DNA of 64,000 bases. Source: Actinomycetota bacterium. GTDB lineage: Bacteria > Actinomycetota > Acidimicrobiia > Acidimicrobiales > SZUA-35. Of this stretch, positions 8,101-17,891 are shown in pieces. The stretch spans positions 196,521 to 260,520 of the forward strand of contig JBCCFL010000002.1 of the NCBI GenBank assembly GCA_039029735.1. Direction: 5' to 3'. The position numbers were made by a program, and so were the translations under genes. The notes under the pieces are model-generated. The model made no database searches and was not told where the DNA came from. It was given only the letters and a program-made list of their open reading frames with translations. How positions within the stretch are numbered: position 1 is the stretch's first letter; each line of letters opens with the position of its first letter.

Positions 8101-10623
8101 CTACTCGGCCCGGAGCACGTCGAGGATGTCGGCCCGGGAGGCCGAGCGGGCTGGCCACCAACTGGCCAGCACGCCGCCGGCGAGCCCGGCCACCACGATG
8201 AGCAGTCCGGACACGATGCTCGTCTCCGGGTAGTCCACCTGGCCGTCGGAGAGGGCCTGGAAGAAGCCGGTGGCCGAGACCCAAGCCAGGCCGAGGCCGG
8301 ACACCACACCAACGAGGGCGAGCAGGCCGAACTCCGACACGAGCGACCAGAAGATCTGGCGGCTGCTGCCACCGGCGGCCCGGATGGCGGCGATCTCACC
8401 GACCCGCTCCGAGATGGCGAGCGACACCGTGTTGGCGATGCCCACCAGGGCGATGACGACTGCCACGGCGAGCAGGGCGTAGACCAGCGCCAGGATCGTG
8501 TCGAGGCCCGAGCTGAGGCTGTCGATGTACTCGTCGATCGTGAGCACGTCGATCGTCGGGATCCCGACGGCCTCGCTCAGCGCCCGCTCGTCGGCGTCGC
8601 CGAGGATGTAGAGCGTGGTGGCCGGCTCGTCGTAGCCGACCACGGAGGCCAGGTCGGCGTCACCGATGATCGCTGGCTGGGGCGTACCCGGCAGCGACGT
8701 TTCGATGACGGCAGCCACCTCGAGTTGGGTCGGACCGGCCACCGAGGTCACCGTGAAGGTGTCGCCGGCCGTCACTGCGAGACCATCAGCAGTGATCTGG
8801 TCGATCACCACGCTGGTGCCGCTCACATCGTCGAGCGAACCGGCATTGACCTCGAAGTCGTAGGCGGCGGTCATCTCGTCGAAGTCGGTGATGGCCGTGG
8901 AGAGCGCACCCCCGCCGGGCCCCGCCCGCTCGATCTCGACGTCGCCGGCCACTGCCGTTGAGTAGATCGGGATCACCGAGTCCACGCCATCGACGGCCTC
9001 CAGGTCGGTGATCACGTCGTCGCCGATCACGGCTTCAGGGAAGGCCCCGATTCCCTGCACCACGTTGTCGGCTCGCAGGGCCGTGGCCGAGTCGCCGGCC
9101 AGGAGCTGGCCGACCGTGGCCGCCATCAGCGTGAAGAAGGCGATGAGGCTGATGCCGATCATCAGGGCACTGGCGGCGGCCGAGGTACGGCTGGCGTTGC
9201 GCTCCAGGTTGCGGCTCGCAACCGTGCCGGCGGGGCCGGTTGTGCCGAGCACGGGCCGGGCCACACGGGCGGCGATCCGGATCAGGTACTCGGCGCCGAG
9301 GTAGAGGGCGGCGAAGGCGCCACCGATACCGGCACCGGCCCACCAGATCGAACCCTGGGTCATGCCGTAGCCGAGACCGACGACGGCGACCACCAGCATG
9401 AGCACTGCTGCGATGCCCCGGTTGCGGCCGGCCGACGGCGGTTCGAGCTCCGCCGACCGGAGCGCCTCGATCGGCGCCACGGCGGTGGCCTTGCGTGCCG
9501 GCCAGACGGCGGCGGCGATGGTCACGCCCATGCCGACGAACACACCGATGGCGATCGCCGAGGGGGCGATGGCGCTGGAGCGTTCGATCGTGAGGCCGAG
9601 CCAGTCGAGGAACACACCGAGCAGGTTCACCCCGCCCAGGCCGGCGAACACACCGACGATCGTTCCGACGGCGCCGAGCAGCGCCGCTTCGAGCACCACC
9701 TGCACCATCAGCTGCGAGCGGGTGGTGCCGACGAGGCGGAGCAGGGCCAGTTCCTCGGTGCGCTGGGCGAGCGACACGGTGAACGTGTTGGTCACGATCA
9801 CCATGCCGACCACCACGGCGATCACGGCGAACACCGTGAGGAAGGTGCTGAAGAAGCCGAGGGTGGAGTTGATCAGATCGATCTGCTCCTCGATCCAGTC
9901 GGTGCCGCTCTGTACCTCGGAGCCGGCAGCCAAGGTGGCAACGTCGTCCACGCTGGCGCCCGGGGCGTCGGCGAAGTCGACCAGCACGAGGTCGTAGCCC
10001 TGGACTGGGGCCAGCGTCGGGTCGCTCGGGTCGAGCAGCATCGTGGACACGTACGGATCGTTGTCGTTACCACCGAAGGTGGCGGTGCCGACCAGTTCGG
10101 CTTCGGCGATACCGGCGTCGGTCACGTAGGTGAAGGTGTCACCAACGGCCAGGCCGGCCCGATTGGCGGTCGTCACGTCGAGTGCCGCCTCGCCCACCGC
10201 TGCGGGGGCAGCGCCCTCGGCGATCTCGAAGGCATTGAGGGATGACGATCCCAGCCAGGGTTCGGCGATGTTGTTCGACGACTGATCCTGCCCGGAGGCG
10301 TTGCCGTCGGCGTCGATCACCTGGGCGTAGGCGTTGGTGAACCCGACGGCCTCGTAGCCGGCGGCGTTGAGGGAGTCGACGGTCGAGGTCGGCACCGATG
10401 CGGCGATGGCGGCCGTTGGGCCGTCGGCCTCGGACACCTCAGCCCCGGTGACGACGGCGTCGACCTCGCTGTGGGCGTCTCGCATGGGTTCGCCGACATC
10501 GGCGATCGAGGTGGTCAGGAGCAGGGTCGACACGATGAAGGCGACCGAGAGGGCGATGGCGATGACCGTGAGCACATAGCGGTTCCGCTTGAACCAGGCC
10601 ATCTTGAGGGTGCGGTTGATCAT
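8101..10623 (-). CDS. ABC transporter permease with two FtsX/MacB-type domains
   Basis: The product is 840 aa. It has two repeats, each a large extracytoplasmic domain followed by an FtsX-like 3-TM bundle. Its start lies 1 nt after the ATPase stop. Confidence 0.85.
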   Translation of the reverse strand: MINRTLKMAWFKRNRYVLTVIAIALSVAFIVSTLLLTTSIADVGEPMRDAHSEVDAVVTGAEVSEADGPTAAIAASVPTSTVDSLNAAGYEAVGFTNAYAQVIDADGNASGQDQSSNNIAEPWLGSSSLNAFEIAEGAAPAAVGEAALDVTTANRAGLAVGDTFTYVTDAGIAEAELVGTATFGGNDNDPYVSTMLLDPSDPTLAPVQGYDLVLVDFADAPGASVDDVATLAAGSEVQSGTDWIEEQIDLINSTLGFFSTFLTVFAVIAVVVGMVIVTNTFTVSLAQRTEELALLRLVGTTRSQLMVQVVLEAALLGAVGTIVGVFAGLGGVNLLGVFLDWLGLTIERSSAIAPSAIAIGVFVGMGVTIAAAVWPARKATAVAPIEALRSAELEPPSAGRNRGIAAVLMLVVAVVGLGYGMTQGSIWWAGAGIGGAFAALYLGAEYLIRIAARVARPVLGTTGPAGTVASRNLERNASRTSAAASALMIGISLIAFFTLMAATVGQLLAGDSATALRADNVVQGIGAFPEAVIGDDVITDLEAVDGVDSVIPIYSTAVAGDVEIERAGPGGGALSTAITDFDEMTAAYDFEVNAGSLDDVSGTSVVIDQITADGLAVTAGDTFTVTSVAGPTQLEVAAVIETSLPGTPQPAIIGDADLASVVGYDEPATTLYILGDADERALSEAVGIPTIDVLTIDEYIDSLSSGLDTILALVYALLAVAVVIALVGIANTVSLAISERVGEIAAIRAAGGSSRQIFWSLVSEFGLLALVGVVSGLGLAWVSATGFFQALSDGQVDYPETSIVSGLLIVVAGLAGGVLASWWPARSASRADILDVLRAE

Positions 10624-10624
10624 G

Positions 10625-11422
10625 TCAGCTCAGCTCCCGGATCTTGCCCAGCACGTCGTCGACGGTGGGGTTGAGGGCTTCGCCGACGAGGCGGCCGTCC
10701 TGGACGTACACCACCCGATCGCAGTAGCTGGCCGCCACCGCGTCGTGGGTCACCATCACGATGGTCTGGCCGAGTTCGTCGACGGCCTTGCGGAGGTAGG
10801 CGAGGAGCTCGCCCGAAGTCTTGGAGTCGAGAGCGCCCGTCGGCTCGTCGGCGAAGATCACGTCGGGGCGCGGGATCATCGCCCGGGCAACGGCCACGCG
10901 CTGGCGCTGGCCGCCCGACAGTTCGCTCGGCCGGTTGTTGAGGCGGTGGTCGATGCCGAGCACTCCGGCCAACTCGGCCAGGAAGTCCTCGTCGACGGCG
11001 GCCTTGGAATCGAGGTCGACCGGGAGGGTGATGTTCTCCCGGGCGCTGAGGGCCGGTACGAGGTGGAACGACTGGAAGATGAAGCCGAGCTTCGAGCGGC
11101 GCAGGACCGACAGTTCCTGGTCTGACAGCGTGGACACGTCGACATCGCCGACGAAAGCCTGACCCTCGGTGAGGCGGTCGAGGCCGGACTGGCAGTACAT
11201 CAGCGTGGACTTGCCCGAACCGGACGGCCCCATGACGGCGGTGAACTCACCGCGGCGGAAGCCGAGGGTGACCGAGTCGAGGGCGGTCACAGCGGCATCT
11301 CCGGTGCCGAAGACCTTGGTGGCACCCACGAGGCGGGCCACGTTGTCGTTGCCGTTCTGGAGGGGGTCGGTGGATCCAGCGGTCGATCCGCTGGTGTTGA
11401 GCGTTGTGGATGCGGTGTTCAT
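10625..11422 (-). CDS. ABC transporter ATP-binding protein (MacB/LolD-like)
   Basis: It has Walker A GPSGSGKST, the LSGGQRQR signature and Walker B VIFADEPT. The start is ATG 11422, or alternatively GTG 11488. Confidence 0.9.
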   Translation of the reverse strand: MNTASTTLNTSGSTAGSTDPLQNGNDNVARLVGATKVFGTGDAAVTALDSVTLGFRRGEFTAVMGPSGSGKSTLMYCQSGLDRLTEGQAFVGDVDVSTLSDQELSVLRRSKLGFIFQSFHLVPALSARENITLPVDLDSKAAVDEDFLAELAGVLGIDHRLNNRPSELSGGQRQRVAVARAMIPRPDVIFADEPTGALDSKTSGELLAYLRKAVDELGQTIVMVTHDAVAASYCDRVVYVQDGRLVGEALNPTVDDVLGKIRELS

Positions 11423-11533
11423 GTCGACGACCGTAGAAATCGAACATGAGCCCGCCCTGGGCCGAACCTGAGGAGAAGCTGAAGTCACCTCGAATGCTGG
11501 CGATGGCCCCTCGGAGCCACCACCCTGGGGGTC

Positions 11534-12295
11534 ATGAACACCGAAGGCGCTGCCTCATCGATCCGGACCGTGCTCCTGGTCGAGGACGACCGGGGCCTCC
11601 GCGAGTCGCTGGCCACGGTGCTCTCATACGAGGGGCACACGATTCTCCAGGCGGAGAGCGCCGAGGATGCAGCAGGGCTCGTGGCTGCGCACCAGCCGGA
11701 TCTGATCGTGCTCGACGTGAACCTCCCCGGTCAGGACGGCCTCGGGTTCCTCCGCGATCTGCGGAGCACTGGCGACGGGCGGCAGGTGCTGCTGCTCACC
11801 GCTCGCCACGAGGTGGCCGACCGGGTAGCCGGTCTGGACGCAGGAGCCGACGACTATTTGCCGAAGCCCTTCGCCCTCGACGAGTTGCTGGCCCGAGTGC
11901 GGGCCATGCTGCGCCGGGTGCCCGCCATTGATTCTGCACCGCCGACACCTGCAGCGCCCGGGGGCGGCTCAGCCGAGAGCCGAACGGTCGGCTCCGTGGT
12001 GGTGGAACCCGGCGCACGGCGGGTGACCGTGGAGGGTGTTGAGGTGGATCTCACCAAACTGGAGTACGACCTCCTCGATCTGCTGGTGACGCACCTCGAT
12101 CAGGTGCTCACGCGATCGGTGATCCACGAGCGGGTGTGGGGCTACGACGACGACTACAGCTCGAACACCCTCGAAGTCGCCGTGTCGAGCCTCCGACGCA
12201 AGATCGAACGCGGTGCCGGGCCTCGGGTGATCCACACGGTGCGGGGGGTCGGGTACGTGGCCCGGGTGCCATCAGGTGGGGGAGCGAGCGCATGA
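11534..12295 (+). CDS. OmpR/PhoB-type response regulator
   Basis: The receiver domain has VLLVEDD, DLIVLDVNLPGQDG and KPF. The winged-helix C-terminus has TVRGVGY. The interdomain linker is long and Pro/Ala-rich. Confidence 0.9.
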   Translation: MNTEGAASSIRTVLLVEDDRGLRESLATVLSYEGHTILQAESAEDAAGLVAAHQPDLIVLDVNLPGQDGLGFLRDLRSTGDGRQVLLLTARHEVADRVAGLDAGADDYLPKPFALDELLARVRAMLRRVPAIDSAPPTPAAPGGGSAESRTVGSVVVEPGARRVTVEGVEVDLTKLEYDLLDLLVTHLDQVLTRSVIHERVWGYDDDYSSNTLEVAVSSLRRKIERGAGPRVIHTVRGVGYVARVPSGGGASA

Positions 12296-13695
12296 CCGAG
12301 ACCTTCGGGGGCCGGCTGCGGGCCGCGCTCTTGAGCCGGCGTAACCTGCGACGCCGCCTGGCGCTGGCGGCCGGTGCACTCACCATTGTGATGGTGCTCG
12401 TGTTCAGCGTGGCCACCTGGTTGCTCGTGGCGCGGAGCCTCCAGGCCGCCACCGACGACGACCTCCGCACCACCGTGGCGGCCATCGAACGCCTGGGCCC
12501 GGATCGCCTGGTCGATTTCGACTCCTCCCCGGAATTCGACGACGTGTTCGAGGGCGACGAGCGACCGCCTGTCCCCTACACCCAGGTGCTGGCGCCCAAC
12601 GGAATCGTGCTCGTGGGAGAGGGGCTCCCGGTGAGTGAGGGTGCGATGGCGGTCGCTCGGGGAGAGCAGGACGAGCACACAGAGACGGTCGAGGTGAACG
12701 ACCGCACCATCCGCGTTCTCACCGCACCTGCCGAGGTGGCGCCGGTGTCGGTCACCGTCCAGATCGGCTCCGATGTCACCAACACCGTTGACGGCCTGCG
12801 CCAGGCGCGGCTCGCCACCCTCGTGACCGGGGTGATGGCCGGTCTGATCACCGCTGGATTGGCCTGGCTGCTCGGTGGGCGGCTGGTGGAACCAGTGTCG
12901 GCCGTGGCTGCTGCCGCCGATCAGCTTCGACGCAACGACGAGCTTCCCGATCGATTGGAAGGAGAGGGAGAGGATGAGCTCGGGCGGCTGGTGGTCAGCT
13001 TCAACCACCTGCTCGACGATCTGCAGCAGAGTCGCGAGCGGCAGCGTCGACTGGTGGCCGACGCCAGCCACGAACTCCGGACGCCGCTCACGAGCCTTCG
13101 GGTGAAAACCGAGTTCATCCATGCGAACCCGGATCTCGCCTCGGAGCAGCGTCAGCAGATGCTTGACGGAGCCGTGGCTGATCTTGGATCGTTGACCGAC
13201 CTGGTGTCGGAGCTGGTGGAGCTGGCGGCCGAGGGCGCATCGCCCGAGCGGTCGCGCCTGATCGACCTCGGCGAGCTGGTGGAGACCGAGGTGGCCCGCT
13301 TCCGGGCGACATCGGGCCGCACCGTCGAGGTGTCGACCACACCGGGAGTGGTGGAGACGAGGCCGAAGCAGGCCACTCGGGCGCTCACGAACCTGCTCGT
13401 CAACGCGGACAAGTATTCGCCCGATGGTGAACCGATCGTGGTCACCCAGGTGGGCCCTCGGATCGAGGTGCGCGACCGCGGCCCGGGCATTCCGCTCGAG
13501 GATCGCGACCGGGTGTTCGACAGATTCTTCCGAGGCAAGGGGCATCAGTCGATCGAGGGCAGTGGGCTCGGCTTGGCGATCGTCGAGTCGATGGCCAGGG
13601 CAAACGGTGGAACCGTGTGGGTCGACGACCCTGGCGATGGCGGACCGGGGGCCGTGGTCGGGTTCTCGGCCGGACCGACCCCGATGCACGCGTGA
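12292..13695 (+). CDS. sensor histidine kinase (2 TM, HAMP, HisKA, HATPase)
   Basis: It has the H-box SHELRTPLTSL, an N-box NLLVNADKYS and a G-box GSGLGLAIV. There is an ATGA overlap with the response regulator stop at 12292-12295. Confidence 0.9.
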   Translation: MTETFGGRLRAALLSRRNLRRRLALAAGALTIVMVLVFSVATWLLVARSLQAATDDDLRTTVAAIERLGPDRLVDFDSSPEFDDVFEGDERPPVPYTQVLAPNGIVLVGEGLPVSEGAMAVARGEQDEHTETVEVNDRTIRVLTAPAEVAPVSVTVQIGSDVTNTVDGLRQARLATLVTGVMAGLITAGLAWLLGGRLVEPVSAVAAAADQLRRNDELPDRLEGEGEDELGRLVVSFNHLLDDLQQSRERQRRLVADASHELRTPLTSLRVKTEFIHANPDLASEQRQQMLDGAVADLGSLTDLVSELVELAAEGASPERSRLIDLGELVETEVARFRATSGRTVEVSTTPGVVETRPKQATRALTNLLVNADKYSPDGEPIVVTQVGPRIEVRDRGPGIPLEDRDRVFDRFFRGKGHQSIEGSGLGLAIVESMARANGGTVWVDDPGDGGPGAVVGFSAGPTPMHA

Positions 13696-13783
13696 CGACA
13701 GTCACCGATATTGTCGCCTCCGATTGCATCCAATCACCCATCGACGGGCGGAAGTCGGGGGAAGCATGTCAAAGGAGACCCCC

Positions 13784-14461
13784 ATGCCCAAGAAACTGAT
13801 GACCCTGTTCGCACTGTTGTTCGGGTTCGCTCTCGTGGCCGCCGCCTGCAGCGATTCCGCCGACGAGGTCACTGACGCCGTCGAGGACGTTGCCGACGAC
13901 GCCGCCGAGACCGTCGAAGAGGTTGCCGACGACGCCGAAGACGCCATGGAAGACGAAGACGCCATGGAAGACGACGAGGCGATGGAAGACGAAGACGCCA
14001 TGGAAGACGAGGCGATGGAAGACGACGCCATGGAAGACATGGGCACCGTCGTCGACGTTGCGGTCGAGTCGGGTGACTTCCCCACCCTCGTGGCTGCCCT
14101 CCAGGCCGCCGAGCTCGACGGTGTGCTGGCCGGCGAAGGCCCCTTCACCGTGTTCGCCCCCACCGAGGATGCGTTCGCCGCTGCCCTCGAGGCCCTTGGC
14201 CTCACCGCTGAGGAGCTCCTCGCCTCTGAGGATCTCGCCGGCATCCTCACCTACCACGTGCTGCCCACCAACGCCCCGGCCGAGACCGTGCTCACCCTCG
14301 ACGGCCAGTCCGTCGCCACGGTGAACGGCGCCGAGGTGACCGTGAGCATCGACGGCGACACCGTGATGGTGAACGACGCCACCGTGGTGACCACCGACAT
14401 CAAGGGCTCGAACGGCGTGATCCACGTGATCGACACCGTGCTGCTGCCGCCGGCTGGCTGA
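13784..14461 (+). CDS. fasciclin (FAS1) domain lipoprotein with an acidic repeat linker
   Basis: AAGGAG lies 6 nt before ATG 13784. The lipobox is LVAAAC. The FAS1 motifs are FTVFAPTEDAF and NGVIHVIDTVLLP. Confidence 0.85.
   Translation: MPKKLMTLFALLFGFALVAAACSDSADEVTDAVEDVADDAAETVEEVADDAEDAMEDEDAMEDDEAMEDEDAMEDEAMEDDAMEDMGTVVDVAVESGDFPTLVAALQAAELDGVLAGEGPFTVFAPTEDAFAAALEALGLTAEELLASEDLAGILTYHVLPTNAPAETVLTLDGQSVATVNGAEVTVSIDGDTVMVNDATVVTTDIKGSNGVIHVIDTVLLPPAG
13937..14040 (+). repeat. imperfect tandem repeat gccatggaagacga(a/c)ga(c/g) encoding (E/D)DAMED units
   Basis: The repeat was read directly. It lies inside the fasciclin lipoprotein linker. Confidence 0.8.
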
Positions 14462-14531
14462 TCTTCGGATCCCCTCAATCCAGCGAACGCACGTCCCCCA
14501 CAACTCCGAGCGTTCGGCGGATACTCCAACG

Positions 14532-14581
14532 AGGCCGCACATCCCGGGCATCGCCCGAGGTGTGCGGCCTTGGGGGTTTTT
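14532..14581 (+). terminator. rho-independent terminator
   Basis: aggccgcaca (14532-14541) pairs with tgtgcggcct (14561-14570). It is followed by tgggggttttt. Confidence 0.75.
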
Positions 14582-14633
14582 GCCGCCCTGAGCTGACCTC
14601 GGGCTCTGGTGCCGCCGATCTAGGGTCGGTCCG

Positions 14634-15173
14634 ATGCGAAGCTTCGACCTGCGTCCACCCCAGATCTGCGTGCTCGGGAGTGCCGAGCCGGGATCGTCGG
14701 CGTACGAGCGTGCGGGCGACGCCGGGGCCTACCTGGCCGACATCGGCTTCACCGTCGTGAGTGGATGTGGGAGCGCTGCCACCCGCTACGCGGCGGAGCG
14801 GGCCATGGCGCAGGGCGGCCAGGTGGTGAGCATCATCCCGAGCGACGACATCAACATGGCCGACTGGCCGTGCACTGTGCTCATTCCGTGCGGCATGGGC
14901 GACGCCCGGAATCTGATGATGGCCCTCGCCGGCGACGCCTGTCTCGTGATCGGTGGTCGGGCGGGGACGAAGTCGGAGGTCTGCCTGGCGTGGCTTCACC
15001 ACCGCCCGCTGCTGCCGCTCACCGGCACCGGCGGATGGTCCGACACCCTCGCGGCCGACCCGCCGGACGAGCGAGAGAATGCCCCGATTCTGGAGTGGGC
15101 CACGGTCGACGCACTCGCTCGGAATCTCTGGGAGCTCGGTTTCCCGGTGCCGGCGGAAGCGCCGCCGGCCTAG
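14634..15173 (+). CDS. TIGR00725/LOG-like (SLOG superfamily) Rossmann-fold protein
   Basis: ICVLGSAEPGSSAYERAGDAGAYLADIGFTVVSG...VIGGRAGTKSEVCLAW follows the TIGR00725 layout. Confidence 0.55.
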   Translation: MRSFDLRPPQICVLGSAEPGSSAYERAGDAGAYLADIGFTVVSGCGSAATRYAAERAMAQGGQVVSIIPSDDINMADWPCTVLIPCGMGDARNLMMALAGDACLVIGGRAGTKSEVCLAWLHHRPLLPLTGTGGWSDTLAADPPDERENAPILEWATVDALARNLWELGFPVPAEAPPA

Positions 15174-16162
15174 CGGGCGAAGTTGGCGGCGATGCGCTGC
15201 GACAGGAAGTTGGCAGCGGTGATCGGAGCGAACCGATCAGTAGGGCTCGTGATTAGCGCGGGCTTGTTGGCCTGGGCGAAGAACGCCACGCTGTAGCGCG
15301 AGTCGGCGGCTTCGCCGGGCTGGGGCCCCCGCACCCGATGGAGCGTGGACCGCAACTGATCGTCGCTCCAGCGCATCAACATGTCGCCGATGTTGCACGT
15401 GATGAGGTGCTCGGCGGTATCGACGCTGGTCCACCGACCGCTGTGGGCATCCTCACCGGGGCAGACCTGGAGGCCCGACTGGCCATCGCGTTGGAAGAGC
15501 AGGGTCAGGCAGTCGTAATCGGTGTGGGCGCCGGCCCGCCACTGGCCGGCGGTGAAGTCGGTACCGGTCATCGGGAAGTAGTGCAGGAGCCGCAGCGTGC
15601 TCTGGTAGCCCTCGCCGGCCGGATCGTGGGCCCGGGTGAAGAACGCCCGGTCGAACCCGAGCCGGTCGGCGAAGCACGACAGCACGTCCATGGCGACCTT
15701 CCATGCCGCGGCCTCCATCGTTTCGAGCGCAGCGCGGAACCCCGGCAGCGACGCCTCCTCGGGCCACAGCCCGTCCATGTGCGGCGCGGTGAACTGGTAC
15801 GACTCCTTCTGGTCGACCACCTGCGTCGACGGACGCACCTGCCCCTTGGACTCCCACCCGGCGTTGAGTTCTCGGCGCCAGGGCACGGTTGCCTTCTCGT
15901 CGTCGGGGAGGGCGAAGAAGTGTTCGGCCGCAGTGAACGCATCGTCGATCACCGGGGCCGGGATGCCGTGGTCGGCGAGCTGAAAGAAGCCGACATCGGT
16001 CGACGCGGCCCACAGCGCGTCGGTGATCTCAGCTCGGCGTTCCTCGAAGCGTTCGACGCTGATCACAGGGATCGTGCGGTGATCGGTGTCGGTGCCGATC
16101 CCGCCGATCGTCGCCTCGAGCTCGAGTTCCCGCAGCGTGGGCTGGTCAGCGTCGAATCCCAT
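15170..16162 (-). CDS. 2OG-Fe(II) oxygenase (isopenicillin N synthase-like family)
   Basis: There is an N-terminal DIOX_N-like VGFFQLADHGIP. The HxD..H triad candidates are AHTDYD and LHRV. Confidence 0.8.
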   Translation of the reverse strand: MGFDADQPTLRELELEATIGGIGTDTDHRTIPVISVERFEERRAEITDALWAASTDVGFFQLADHGIPAPVIDDAFTAAEHFFALPDDEKATVPWRRELNAGWESKGQVRPSTQVVDQKESYQFTAPHMDGLWPEEASLPGFRAALETMEAAAWKVAMDVLSCFADRLGFDRAFFTRAHDPAGEGYQSTLRLLHYFPMTGTDFTAGQWRAGAHTDYDCLTLLFQRDGQSGLQVCPGEDAHSGRWTSVDTAEHLITCNIGDMLMRWSDDQLRSTLHRVRGPQPGEAADSRYSVAFFAQANKPALITSPTDRFAPITAANFLSQRIAANFAR

Positions 16163-16274
16163 CCACCGATGGTAGGTGCGCCGACCGGGCCCGAAGAAGG
16201 GGCCGGCGATGACCTGTTCGTGACCGCAGCCTGGCGACCATCTGACGAATCCGCCGGATCCGCCAGGGCGGCGG

Positions 16275-16673
16275 TCAGCGTGGGTGGTTCTCGGTGCCCT
16301 CGCCGGCGGTGATGAACACCGCGGTGCACGGTCCGTTCACATCGGCAGTGTGCCAGTCGCCCGGCTCGTTGATTGCATACTCACCGGCGTTGAGTGTGGT
16401 GATCACCTCAGGCCCGTCGGGGCCGCCCTTGCGCTGGATGAGCGTGATCTCGCCTGCAGTGCAGAGCACCACCTCGGTGCCAACGGGATGCACTTCCCAC
16501 ACGTCCCAGCTCTCGCTGAAGGTGTGCATCGCCACGAGTCGGCCCTCCACCCCGTCGGCTGCGGTGCGCATGCCGTAGTCCATGTACCACTCACCGGTGC
16601 CGGTGAAGGTGGGCTGAACCACGGCCGACGCACCGAGGCCGAGGTGGATGGGGTTGCTGTTCAGGTCCGGCAT
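16275..16673 (-). CDS. cupin domain protein
   Basis: The product is 132 aa. The pattern WEVHPVGTEVVLCTAGEITL...GEYAINEPGDWH is typical of a cupin. GGAGGG is upstream. Confidence 0.6.
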   Translation of the reverse strand: MPDLNSNPIHLGLGASAVVQPTFTGTGEWYMDYGMRTAADGVEGRLVAMHTFSESWDVWEVHPVGTEVVLCTAGEITLIQRKGGPDGPEVITTLNAGEYAINEPGDWHTADVNGPCTAVFITAGEGTENHPR

Positions 16674-16699
16674 GGTCGCCCTCCGGGTTGTCGAACGAG

Positions 16700-17785
16700 C
16701 TAGAGCACGACGACCGAGCGCAGTACTTCGCCACGCTCCATCTTGTGGAAGGCCTCCTCCACGCCCTCGATGCCGATCGTCTCCGATACGAATCCGTCGA
16801 GGTTGAGGCGGCCCTGCAGGTAGAGATCGATGAGCATCGGGAAGTCACGGCTCGGCAAACAGTCGCCGTACCAGCTCGACTTGAGCGCACCACCGCGACC
16901 GAAGATCTCGATGAACGGCAGCTCCACCGTCATCTCGGGGTTCGGTACCCCCACCAGCACCACGGTGCCAGCCAGGTCGCGGGCGTAGAACGCCTGCTCG
17001 TAGGTCTTGGGGAGACCGACGGCCTCGATGGCCACGTCCACCCCGTTGCCGTCGGTGAGCTCGCGGATCTTCTCCACCGGATCCTCGATGGCGGAGTTGA
17101 CCATGTGGGTGGCACCGAAGTCCTTGGCCCACTCCAGCTTCTGATCGTCGATGTCCACGGCGATGATCGTTGATGCGCCGGCGAGCCGGGCTCCTTCCAG
17201 GGCGGCGTTGCCGACGCCTCCGCATCCGAACACGGCCACGGTGTCGCCTCGGCCAACGTTGCCGGTGTTCATGGCGGCACCGAGGCCCGCCATCACGCCG
17301 CAGCCCAGCAGGCCCGCAACCTCGGGCTTGGCCGCAGGATCGACCTTGGTGCACTGGCCGGCAGCCACCAGCGTCTTGTCACAGAAGGCGCCGATGCCCA
17401 GCGCGGGGCTCAGCTCGGTGCCGTCGGCCAGGGTCATCTTCTGGGTGGCGTTGTGGGTGGCAAAGCAGTACTGCGACTTGCCCTTGAGGCACGAGCGGCA
17501 TTGGCCGCACACGGCCCGCCAGTTCAGGATCACGTAGTCGCCGGGCGCCACTTCGGTGACGTCGGAGCCGACCGACTCCACCACGCCGGCTGCCTCGTGG
17601 CCCAGCAGGAATGGGAACTCGTCGTTGATGCCACCCTCGCGGTAGTGGAGGTCGGTGTGACACACCCCGCAGGCCTTGATCTCGACCACGGCCTCACCGG
17701 GGCCCGGATCAGGCACGATGATCGTCTCGACAGAGACGGGCTCTCCCTTGGCCTTGGCGATCACGCCTCGAACTTCCTGTGGCAT
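16700..17785 (-). CDS. S-(hydroxymethyl)mycothiol dehydrogenase / class III Zn alcohol dehydrogenase
   Basis: It has [25 protein letters not shown] and GCGGVGNAA over 361 codons from ATG 17785. Confidence 0.85.
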   Translation of the reverse strand: MPQEVRGVIAKAKGEPVSVETIIVPDPGPGEAVVEIKACGVCHTDLHYREGGINDEFPFLLGHEAAGVVESVGSDVTEVAPGDYVILNWRAVCGQCRSCLKGKSQYCFATHNATQKMTLADGTELSPALGIGAFCDKTLVAAGQCTKVDPAAKPEVAGLLGCGVMAGLGAAMNTGNVGRGDTVAVFGCGGVGNAALEGARLAGASTIIAVDIDDQKLEWAKDFGATHMVNSAIEDPVEKIRELTDGNGVDVAIEAVGLPKTYEQAFYARDLAGTVVLVGVPNPEMTVELPFIEIFGRGGALKSSWYGDCLPSRDFPMLIDLYLQGRLNLDGFVSETIGIEGVEEAFHKMERGEVLRSVVVL

Positions 17786-17891
17786 GGAACTCGTCCCCCT
17801 GGGGTCAACTTGCTGGTTGTCGGGCGATGCTAGCCGGGCTCGCGCTCGCCTTCCGTGGCGAGACCGTGTGGCTCCAGCCATACTCTGCGGC

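Noticed and set aside
13937-14040. Possible CRISPR-like or regulatory tandem repeats (also 31430-31610)
   Set aside because: The units are short, contiguous and in frame within coding sequence, with no spacers. They encode low-complexity linkers.
17784-17891. An ATG at 17784 (MELVPLG..) as the start of the GluR0-like gene
   Set aside because: It would overlap the divergent dehydrogenase start codon and add a non-hydrophobic Arg-rich leader. GTG 17892, directly before the signal peptide, is preferred, although it is unproven.
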